Origin: Macrostomum hystrix
Taxonomy: Eukaryota; Animalia; Platyhelminthes
Direction: 5' to 3'
Assembly: GCA_950097015.1 (NCBI GenBank)
Contig: CATNEN010000001.1
Location: forward strand, 12,338,001-12,402,000
DNA length: 64,000 nucleotides
Position numbers and translations under genes: made by a program. Below the pieces are notes generated by a model. That model made no database searches. It was not told where the DNA came from and saw only the letters and a program-made list of their open reading frames with translations. Position 1 is the first letter of the stretch. Every line of letters starts with the position of its first letter. This document shows positions 35,777 to 46,117 of the stretch, piece by piece.

Positions 35777-36760
35777 TTAGTCAAATTTGAAACCACTTCC
35801 TTTTTTAATGCTCGCTCTCATCTTCTCGTAGATTGCAGGGTCCACACTGTCTGGATTCGGGGCCAGCGGAGCCAATGGTGCCAATGGGGCCAATGGTGGC
35901 TGAATATCTTGTGTTACAGTATCCTTTATCTTTTTAGCCGCAGTGACAACGCTTCCCACTGATTCAGCCACGTTCTTAATATTATCTTTGTTCTCACTAA
36001 TGACTTTAAAGACCCGAGCACCCTGTGCAATCATGTCAGCAAGACCATTCCCGGAGCGTTCTTTCCTCGGATAGTGGCCTGCTGTGAAAAGTCCGGATCC
36101 ACGCTTAATTAGATTAAGTTTCTCCTTGTCATAGTATTTGTCCACGTCTTTTTCGAAAATAATCGGCATTTTCAGAACTTGTGGGACCTTTAGTATTTCT
36201 ATATCTCTAGCAAGAGCAAAACTCACTAGATCTCTATAGTTCTTTAGCTGCTTGTCCGAAATTTTCTCTTGGTTCTTAGTCATAAAATTCAGTAAGGTTT
36301 CTGTGTAAATTATTCTCTTAGTTTCTGAGCCTTTGACAACAGAAATATGGTTCTTGTTTATGTCGATATAATATTCCACTGGTTCATTATAAATGTTTTT
36401 TCTCCACATGCTTATTCCAAATACATATTTCCCATCATGTTATACACGTTCTACTGGTCCAAAAATGTTATCCGTTACTTTTAGTGATTGATGCGATTCT
36501 GCAGATTGTTGTATCTGCGGTGCTTCTGGAATTTTGTCCAAAGCCTTTTGCACCTGGGTTTCCTGTATGTCGTCAATAGTTTCTTTGACTTGATCAATAT
36601 TTTTCTTAGCTTCTCCATACCCGGGTTTATGAAACTCTGTGGCTGCTTGGACAAACTCACTGTAGGATTGTTGCTCCTTATTGATTAGCCCGGTAATTCT
36701 CTTTTCTGCTTGTGCTAGCTTCTCCAATTCAGATATTTGGTGCGCATTTTTTCGCTTCAT
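35777..36760 (-). pseudogene. Virion core-like protein with GxG protease-site motifs, probably frameshifted
   Basis: RGSGLF, SGNGLA, KGSGF motifs; two consecutive ORFs 36440-36760 and 35777-36409. Confidence 0.55.
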
Positions 36761-36791
36761 TTTTTATTTTATTTTCTTAGTTTAAAAAAAA

Positions 36792-39700
36792 ATGAACGAC
36801 CCACTGACACCAGTTTTCTACAAAATTAACAAGCCTATTTTGAGTGATGATAGCACAATCAAAGCGACTCAAGTAAGAGTTCCCAGTCAGGAAAATCAGA
36901 ATGAAACTAATCTTGGTCCTGGTCAAACACTGACATTCACCTACAATGGATGTTCGTCTCTGGTTAGTGTTCACAGTCTTAAGAGCGGCTTCCATATGAC
37001 ATTTCAATTCAAGACAAAGGGAGGTGCGGATGCAGCTCATGCTAACGTTGACAAGCATGATGCCGATGTGGCTCTGATCAGTAACTTTTGGGCGTACATG
37101 TTCAAGGAGTTTAGTGTATCGAATGGGAGCACAGAGTTGGAGCGAATCGCCAACTTTGGAATTGTCTATGACGCTCATTGTTTGATCTAGAATCCAGATT
37201 TTATTCAGTTGGGGAGTGGTGCAGGTTTCATTGCAGATGAAAAAGAAGGAGATATCAATGACAGTGGCTATAAAAAGAGGAAGAAGAGATACAACTATGC
37301 ATTGCAAGGTGCTGATGATGCTGCTAAGAACCCGCTGTATCGGTCTGTTGATGTATTCGTACCACTGAGATTCATGAGTGGATTCTGTAATACATTTAAT
37401 CGACCGACTAGTAACTTCAGCTACACCTTTAAGATGACTAGAGATGATCGCAGTAGAGTGTTGTGGACTGGGGCGGACCACACTAGGATGGAAGTGAAGC
37501 TAACCGGAATCGAGCTGTATTTGGAAGTCATTGAGCCAAAGACCGCACTAAAAGCAGATTATCTCAAGGCAATAGAGAAGGACATTGATGTCGCCTACAC
37601 GGCCTACATGTGTCGAGATGAGCGAAACGAAACCAGAACAAACATCTGCATTAAAGAGGGATCATGCAGCAATCCAAGGTATATTATTATTAACATGAGA
37701 AACCCAAACAACATTATACGCTACATGCATGGAGATGTGCGGTCCATTCAGCATGAAATCAGTGATAATCTTTACCCTGCACTGCCACAAAATGGAAATT
37801 TCAGTCAGAACAAGATTAGCAAATTTTACAGCGAGTTGTTCGACTTGGCTGTGAAAGAGAACAATGGAATTGCTATCACTGCTCTTCAATATGGAACTCT
37901 TTATCCAATGTTTGGCGCTGATGTGTCTGCCAGACAAATGCCTACTGATAACAGCCCTGTTGATGTGGAGTGTGCTGCGGGAATCGAGTGGGAATGTGAG
38001 CCAGCGGAATTTTTCCAATTTTTAGTAGCCAAATAATCGCGACCCACATAGCAGCTGGCCGCAGAACACAATCATTAATCTTAGGGCCAGGCTTGGGGCG
38101 GAGGTGAATTAAGTAGCCGCCGATTCCCCTTGCCTCGGATCTGTCTAGTCTCCTGTAGAAGTGACTGATCGCGGCCATAGCAATACTGTATGGACTAGTT
38201 TAGGTCATAATTCCCCTCCAAACCGCGATCAGATTGTAGGGATCACTCATGCGTCTAGAGTGAGCATTAATTCTTCATGTCCCCTTTTCTTTACTGTAAC
38301 CCGAGCCGAAGCTCGATTATGACCTTTCCCCCTTTAGATACATGTAACGACACTATAGGCAGGTCGGCGCCTGCGCTTCCCATATCCCGGCGGGATCACA
38401 ATCATTGGCCGACTGCCGGCAGACGCTCCTAGTGGGGCATCTGGCGATTCTCGCCGCCGCTTCGGTGGGCAATTGGGGTGGCATAATGCCGACCCGATTC
38501 CTCGCTGACAGGCTGGCGAGCATGTGGGTTGCTTTGATGAATGCGGGGTTGACGGAGCTGCAGGACTATTTAAGAAAGCGCACTGCGCTGCCCCTAGAGA
38601 AACGTTTTCCCTTCCTTCCGCAAGCCTTCCCTCCGGACCTTCCCTGGAGCGAACTTCCCTTTGGATCTTTTCCCCCCTGTCCGGTCCCGGAACTCGGTCC
38701 GTGGACTCTCCCCCTTCTAGTCTAGCACTTAGCCCCTGAGCCTAAGGCTCCAGAGCATAACTACAGGTAAATACCTGTTAGATCCCGTGAGCATAAGCCA
38801 CCTCCTTGGGTGAGCTCCAATTGAGCATCGAGCTCCTTGCAGCCTGGCCCCTTGCCAGCTGTGTTTAGCAACTCCTCGTCTCGTTCCCCCTTTTATTTGC
38901 CCATCCCTGCGAGAGCGACGGCCTGCAGCAAAGTCAGCCAGCATCAGATAAGTAACCCGCGCAGCGGACACTGATTGTTATCCCTAAGGGATTCATTAAG
39001 GGATCCCTACGGTCTGTTGACGAATACATCAACAGACCGATACAGCGGGTTCTTAGCAGCATCATCAGCACCTTGCAATGCATAGTGGGGCAATCGGGGC
39101 AAGGGCGGTATTTTAGCCTAATAAACCATTTATTAATTGACTGCCGTTTTTAATATTGGGCCAATTTTATAACAACTAAACCTTTCCTTATCATGCTATT
39201 CTTTTCTCGTTATTTTTCTATTAGACAGCCCTCAATCATGAGCGGCTAATTCATTAGGGGTGGGCTCTGGTGATGCCGAGCTGAAAGCTGCGGCAGGAGG
39301 ACAACTGTGAGCGCGCATGAGAGTAATATGGAGCTAGGGATTTGCGAGTAATATGCGGAGCGTGGCATGTGCTTCTCTGCTAGGTGTGGGGAAATTCCTT
39401 GGCGGGCTTTTCCTCTCTTTCTGGCGGATCAAGGATTGCGTGTCAACCTCCCTTGTCAATTAAGTTTCCCTTCTGTTCCCCGCCTCTCGCTGCCGCCGCC
39501 ATGGGAGCGAGGGGTGTGATCTAATAATCATCGCGTGCATAATCACTCAGCCAGTGTTCTGCTTAACCTCTCCTGCCTCTGATCTCCTCATCTCACGCAG
39601 ATTCGGATTTGCTAGTTATTTAATGTGTAGTCTGTAATCTAACGTAAGGAGTGTGTTTGATGTTCCAGGAGTAGGATTCTGGCTATGGGTTTCTCATTCG

Positions 39701-40486
39701 GGTTCGGAGTACCACCTTTCTAGACCACTGTAGCGCAGTTTCAGGAATCCCCTGTTGAGGCGTGTCTCGATTCATTCTGGGGTCTTCGCCCTAGTCTAAA
39801 ACGGAAGTTACAGAATGCCCTATTTTTCGGCTTGTCTGAGATCTGTGTGACAAACTAGGAGCTGTGAACTCCGGGGACCCAAGTTCCCAAATGTCTGCGG
39901 TGGCAACGTAGGCGCATTGGGTGGTGGCGCTACCCTAGATCATTTTCCGCTTTGCCAATAGCCTTTCCGCATTTCTAAGACAAGAGCCTGGGCCGAATCG
40001 ACCACTGCTACCACTGTTAGGAGTCAGTTATGTACATGCTACTGATGACAGTAGGCTATCTAGCCCTGTCCTACCTGCTTGCGGGTAGTCCGATATCTCT
40101 TTAGACTTTAGCCGGTTTCGAGCACTGCTTGGGGTAGGCACGGCAGTCATGCCTGTGGCCTATGTGTTGAGTGGGACTGGCCAGCCTGAGGCCGAGAGGA
40201 CCACTCCCTGCATCCGCTGTCTCTCCCTTCATCTCTCCCTTCATCCCTCTTCCCGCGACAAATCGCGAGGCTTTGCGGTACGACTTCTGACTCTATCGCC
40301 ATTCCCACACTCCCTTTCTCTCTTGAGGACAGGTCATCGGATTGCAAAACCCGCACCCACTTCACTGTGAATATCGTGACTAACATTGAGAGGACTGCAG
40401 CAACTGCTGTTGACGTGTACATTATCTATGCGTTCGAGAGGAAGGTGAAGCTTAACATGATCAACAATTCATCCAGTAAAGTTTAA
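36792..40486 (+). pseudogene. Major capsid protein (double jelly-roll) split by a 2.4-kb LTR-like insertion
   Basis: VFVPLRFMSGFC, NPRYIII, LYPMFGADVS; in-frame TAG at 37188; removing the insertion gives ...DNSP-VNIVTNIERT...VYIIYAFERKVKL...* at 40486. Confidence 0.88.
37961..40364 (+). mobile_element. Long LTR-like unit, copy A (2404 bp), solo
   Basis: TGATGTGG...CCACTTCA termini, TSD CTGT (37957-37960, 40365-40368); ATTGG boxes, CTATTTAAG (~38566), AATAAA (~39120). Confidence 0.92.
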
Positions 40487-40509
40487 ATATTATTTTTCGG
40501 GGCTGAAAA

Positions 40510-41353
40510 ATGGAAGCGATTGCTGAAAGACTAAATAAAGTTATTTCTCACTCTAAGGAGAGCATTCCTATTACAATAGCTGGGCGAATTAATGACTCAA
40601 ACGGGATATTTGTTGAAAAATTAGAGCAGGCGATTCGTCTGGATCCAGGTGCTAATTACCATGTATATCTTAACGACTTCACTGGTTGGTCAAACGTTCC
40701 CAATGGGACAGCAGCAAATAATAAGTTTCATTACAAATGGAAAGGTGTAGCAGCAGAAGCTGTGGTATTCCCTGTACCAGGGAGGATGAGATATACCTAC
40801 AATTACTTTCTAGAAAGTGTTTTTACTAAAAGAGGCCATTTTGAGACACCCAATGCGAGTAAGCCAGAGAAGAAACTGTTCCCTGTCAAACTATCCTATG
40901 ATCTCACTGTAATGAGAGTGGTCATGCAAGTTCACAAAGATGCTGAGGTTGAATTTAAAGATGACACATGGTATAGGGAATTGGGATTCGAGAAGAAAGT
41001 TTATAAGGCTGAAGCACAGACTGCATCACCGGAGGCAGTTTCAAGGACCCTGCTAAGCGGCTTGTTCTTAGCACCTAATATCGCAGACATTGTAAAGGGT
41101 TTGAATATTCTAATCAGAAGTAATCTCAGTCTTGATTGGGTGTTTAAGGGAAAGCGAACGAATATTTTGTACAACATCTCAAACTCTGTTGCTGGAGGAC
41201 AGATGCTGGTAGAGAAACCAAATCCAGTGAAAAGAGTTGTGCTAAGTAATAAGGAGATTCACGAGATTGTGCTGCAGTTTGAGACGGAAGATGGTGTTGG
41301 CGTTGATTTCAACGGTGGAGTTTGTATTGACGTTTATCATTGAGAGAATGTAA
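40510..41353 (+). CDS. Minor capsid (penton) protein, terminal frameshift likely
   Basis: AIRLD...YHVYL...WSNVPN..NNKF, ELGF, VDFNG(E); follows MCP. Confidence 0.8.
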
Positions 41354-42143
41354 GCTGCCTAATGATTTCTGCAAAGTTATAGTAGCTGTCATAGTCCTTT
41401 ACGTAGGTTACTCCATACTTATGAAACCAGTGTCTTTGGAGAGCTTGATTAATATTAGGGACATTGATATCGACGTTGGGCCAATATTTTCTCATGTACT
41501 CGCTGTATTCTTGTTTGCATCGGTATTTACTCTTGTAATTAGGCTCATGACTTTTGTAATAAGATCCTGGAGAGACGATTGGGAGCATTTTTAATGAGAA
41601 TATAATTTTTTTTCGGAGGATGAGCACCCTAGGTTTGGGGTCTTGAGTTTTGGGATTGTGATTTTAGTGCTAATTTGATTGTCTTGGCACGCTTTTTGCA
41701 GCTTCGCTATTTTTTCCTGATCTCTTAGGGAGTGGCTGTGATAATTTTTTTGTCCAAGTTCACAAACTGGAAAGTATTTTTTTGGCGGGGAACCTTTTTC
41801 CTTCAGGAAAGGTAATGGTTTGTTTATTAAGGAGGCTGCGATAATTTTTGTCCTAGATATTCAACTCACAAACTGATGTGGAATATTAAAAGTAGAGAAT
41901 TAAGAATATGGAGACGGAGTTTTTTAGAGAGAGGCGGGGACCCTTTTTTCCTGATCTCTTCGGGAATAATAAAAGTAATGGTTTGTGGATAATGGAGGCT
42001 GCGATTATTTTTGTCCTAGAAGCCCCCTCTTGCATACTACTAGATAGAGATAATCGCAAACCCATTTCTTCTTACCAGCCCGTCGATGACCTGAGCGGTC
42101 TAGACGCCTTGGACTTCACCGTGATGTGCCGTGAATTCGGTGA

Positions 42144-42707
42144 CCTCCAATCTTACGACAGCGCTGCACTCTTCGATCTCTATATCCGAGCGCATCGGAG
42201 TGCTTCGCAGGCAAGAATGAGCAGCAGAAGCAGGGAAGTCGGTCCTCTGGCGATTCCATCAGGTCCATCGGACAGCAACAGCATCAGCAGCAGCTGCCTC
42301 CGATTGATAGCTTCCTTTGCTTGGTTCCTTCGCATCTCCCAACTCATGTGCAGCCGCTGGCGCCAATGACAGACAAGAAGTTGCTGCTGTGGGAGTTTAT
42401 CTACCAGTTACTGGAAGCTCCGCCGTCTGTCGCTGACCTATCGCCGCCCTGCTTGCGCTGGGAAAACAAGCAGGAGGGCACTTGGGAAATTCTAAATCCA
42501 ACCGGACTAGCAGAGGCCTGGTCAACTTACAAGGGGCGGGACAAAATGACCTTCTACACGATGCACCGAGCGCTGAGGTACTACTACAAGGAGAAGCTAA
42601 TTACCAAGATCCACCCAAGATCCAAGAACCACTTCTTTCACAAATTTCACTATAACCACGAGAAGTTAAAATGTTACAATGTCTCACAAATCCCAACAAT
42701 GCCCTAG
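42144..42707 (+). CDS. Intronless ETS-domain transcription factor (ELF/E74-like)
   Basis: LWEFIYQLL...LRWEN..EG...LAEAW...KMTFYTMHRALRYYY; all three ETS Trp and both recognition-helix Arg present; frame open from 42144, ATG at 42366. Confidence 0.88.
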   Translation, partial: PPILRQRCTLRSLYPSASECFAGKNEQQKQGSRSSGDSIRSIGQQQHQQQLPPIDSFLCLVPSHLPTHVQPLAPMTDKKLLLWEFIYQLLEAPPSVADLSPPCLRWENKQEGTWEILNPTGLAEAWSTYKGRDKMTFYTMHRALRYYYKEKLITKIHPRSKNHFFHKFHYNHEKLKCYNVSQIPTMP

Positions 42708-43787
42708 AAATCACATGATCCAGACAATGACTCAGAATTACAGTACGGATTGTCCGATTCTCAGTTGCGTTACTTCACTCATGAAAACTATTTTTTCTTA
42801 CGGATATGTTTTGTTCTGTTTTCTCGTGTTTTCTCATATTGCCCATGCATGACTTATCATCTGTAATTAAACCTTGATTTTGAAGACATGTAATTAAGAC
42901 AGACTGTTTCCTATAAAAGTATGAGATAACTACAAGTACTTATAAATGCTATATAAATGCTACTTATAAATACTATAAATAAACTAATTGTTGCTGCACA
43001 TTATTTCATAAACTACAACAAACAAAAACAAAAAGATTATTCAACCTTGTTGCGAGCGCAGCCGTGGAACTCCATTGACATGACATGAGTCCGTGAAGGT
43101 CGCTGATCGTTATCTAACCTGCTAAACTCGGCCAGATACAGCTCGCCGGGATGCTGGGCCAACTGCTACTCGACGCTGAGTAGCTGATTGAATTAGAATA
43201 GACACTAATATCAATGTCATCCGCAGCTTCCGTTTCTTGACACGCCTGACCGTGTACCAGGCGTCAGGTGTTCATGGAGAACGTCTGGAAAAAATATGGA
43301 ATGTTTCAGACCCAATTTACATATTTATCTTTGTCTATAACGATTGCCTGTAATCAGATGGGAAGCATGCGAATCTTTTAAGTGAGCTAGCTTAAGGGTC
43401 GGAGTGTAAATGTTAGTAGCAGCTTAGTAGAAATGTTAGTAGAAATGAAAAAATGTACTTTTGCTACGAATTGTAGCAAAGCAGGCAAGCAAAGCAAGTG
43501 CAGGAACACGAAGCAAGGAGTGCTCGATAAATATGTTGGTTATCATGCTAAGCTAAAGCTAAGAAGCTAAACATTTAGGCTGTGCATCAAGCAAATAAAT
43601 AAATATGAGTGAAATAAAGGAAGACAACAAGCAAAGATGTATTCCAAAATAGCCAGTCGTATGAAATGCGTCTGAAATGACGAAGTGGGAGGTTTCGAGG
43701 TGTGTTAGCAGCTCGTTATTGGACAGCATGAAGGTGGAGTGAGGGGTTATCTTCGTACGCAGTTGTTATCTGCTTCTTTAAATTTGC

Positions 43788-46117
43788 TGATGTGGAGTGT
43801 GCTGCGGGAATCGAGTAGGAATGTGAGCCAGCATAATTTTTCAAAATTTTTAAGTATCTAATAATTGCGACCCACACAGCAGCTGGCCGCAAACAAGATC
43901 TTTAATCTTAGGGCCGGGTTTGGGGCGGCGGTGAATTAAGTAGCCGTCGAATCCCTTTTCCCTGGATCTGTCTAAACCCCTGTAGGAATGACTGATCGCG
44001 GCCATAACTTTTATTGTATGAGTAGTTTAGGTCATAATTCCCCTCCAAACCGCGATCAGATATCGGGAAATACTCGGGCATTATGAGTGATCATTAATTC
44101 TTCATGTCCCCACTTCTTTACAGTATTCGAGCCCAGCTCGACTTTATGACCTCCCTCCTTTAGATACATGTAAATGTCACTGTAGGCAGGTCGGCGCCTG
44201 CGCTTCCCATTGTCCCGGCGGAGTAACAATCATTGGCCGACTGCCGGCGGCTGTTCGCGCAGAGCATCTGTCGTTTCCCGCCGTCGGTTCATTGGGTAAT
44301 CGTGTTGGCCCATCGCGGCTTCGATTCCCCGTTGACAGGCTGGCGCGAATGTGGGTTATTTTGATGGATGTCGGGGTTGGCGTGCTGCAAGACTATTTAA
44401 GCAAGCGCACTGCGCTGCTCCCTCTAGAACCTGCCCGGCGGACTATCTCCGACCTTCCTCTCCCCCGCCGGACTTACCTTTGCCGGGCCGGACTCCCACC
44501 GGACCCAGAGCACTTACTCCGGACCCAATTCTCCACATAGGGCTTAGACCCTAGAGCTATAAGCTCAGATCAGCGCTCACAGGCCCATTGCCTGTTTCCA
44601 TCCCCCTTGCAGCGTCAGCCACCTCTTTAGGTGAGCCTTCTAATTGAGCCTTTGAGCTCCCGGTGCGTCGGCCCCTGCCCGCATCGACATAAGCCTGTCC
44701 TTCCTCGCCTTTGCTATTTTTGCCCGCCCTCTCCCCGAGAACTACGGGATTGCAGCACGCGGCCGAACAACTCCAGATAAGTAACCCGCGCAGCGGTTTT
44801 TAATTGTTGATCCTAAGGGACTACTCATTAAGTTAGGCGGCACTTTAGTGGGCAAGGGTTAGGGCTTCTGGTTTAATAAACACTACAAATCTAGCCAATT
44901 AACTTTTTTAGGCCAATTTAAGCACAATTTAAATCTCATGCTGTGTTATCTTCCATGTTTTATTTATCCGTTAGACAGCCCTCAGATATGAGTGGCTAAT
45001 CTCCTAGGGGTGGGCTCTGGTGATGCCGAGCTGAAGGCTGCGGCAGGAAGGCGACTGTAAGCGCGCATAAGAGTAATAAGGGGCTAGGGATTCGCGAGCG
45101 AAATGCGGGGTGTAGGCCGTGCATTTCTTCCCAGGAGGTCGGGGGAATCCTTGGCGGGCTTTCCTTCTTCCTCTCGGGCGGGTTCAAGGTGTACGTGTCG
45201 AACTCCCTTTCCAATGGAGTTTTCCCATATCCCCCTCTCGCAACTGCCGCCACAGGAGCGAGAGTGATGATCTAATAATCTTGCGCTTAAGTCGACTCTT
45301 GCGTAATCACTCAGCCAGTGTTCTGCTTAATCTCTCCAGCCTCTGACTTCCTTAACTCACACAGATTCGGTTTGTTACTTAATGTGTAGGTTGCAGTCTA
45401 ATGTAAAGAATGTGTCTGATGTTTCATGAGTAGGATTCCGGCTATGGATTCTCATTCGAGTTCTGAGTACCACTTTTCTAGACCCCTGTAGCGCGAATTC
45501 AGGAATCCCCTTTTGAGGCGTGTCTCGATCCATTCTGGGGCTCTCACCCCAGTCTAAAACGGAAGTTTGCAGAATGCCCTATTTTCGGCTTGTCTAGATC
45601 TGCGTGATAAAGTGGGAGCTGTGTACTCCGGGGACCCAAGTTCCCAAATGCCTGCGGTGGCAACATAGGCGCATTGGGTGGTGGCGCTACCCTCGATCAA
45701 CTATCCGTTTTGCCGATAGCCTTTCCGCAGTTCTGTGACAGGAGCCTTGGCCGATTCGACCACCGCTACCAAGGTTAGGAGTCAGTTGCGCACGCACTAC
45801 TGACGACAGTAGACTAGTTAGCCCTGTCCTGTCCGATTCCGGGCAGTCCGACACCTCTCCTTAGACTTTTAGCCGGTTTCGAGCACTGCTTGGGGTAGGC
45901 ACGGCTGTCATGCCTGTGGCCTATGGGACGAGTGGGACTGGCCAGCCTGAGGCCGATAGGACCACTCCCTGCACCCGCTGAACCTCCTTTCATCTCCTCC
46001 CTCTCTCCGCGAAATCTCGCGCGTTGCTAAGCGGTCATTTAAGTCGACTCTGTCGCCCGCCCTAGGAATCGTCTCCCATGAGTGCAGGTCAGCGCTTGCA
46101 AACACCCAACCATTTCA
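43788..46117 (+). mobile_element. Long LTR-like unit, copy B (2330 bp), solo
   Basis: TGATGTGG...CCATTTCA, TSD TTGC (43784-43787, 46118-46121); colinear with copy A but clearly diverged. Confidence 0.92.

Larger units (their letters stand above)
24738..41713. mobile_element. Polinton/Maverick (adintovirus-type endogenous virus), gene-complete but inactivated; true termini not located
   Basis: INT, pPolB with EndoVII-like motif, adenain, A32/FtsK ATPase, MCP, penton, PLA2X, GasderminX-like; bracketed by ~290-bp inverted repeats; many frameshifts and nonsense codons. Confidence 0.93.

Noticed and set aside
25879-37190. Stop-codon reassignment or readthrough suggested by in-frame TGA (25879) and TAG (30907, 37188)
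   Set aside because: Mixed stop types plus many frameshifts in the same genes indicate decay; TAG 30907 is a simple TGG-to-TAG change at a conserved Trp.
40050-40092. Group I intron P7 (GACTA/TAGTC-like) or RNase P CR-V-like motif in the module
   Set aside because: The pairing is not kept in copies B and C; the other core elements were not found.
40040-40130. Hammerhead ribozyme (CTGANGA present in all three LTR modules)
   Set aside because: No GAAA after a stem II; the CTGA bases are paired in the covarying GTCAGT/ACTGAY helix.
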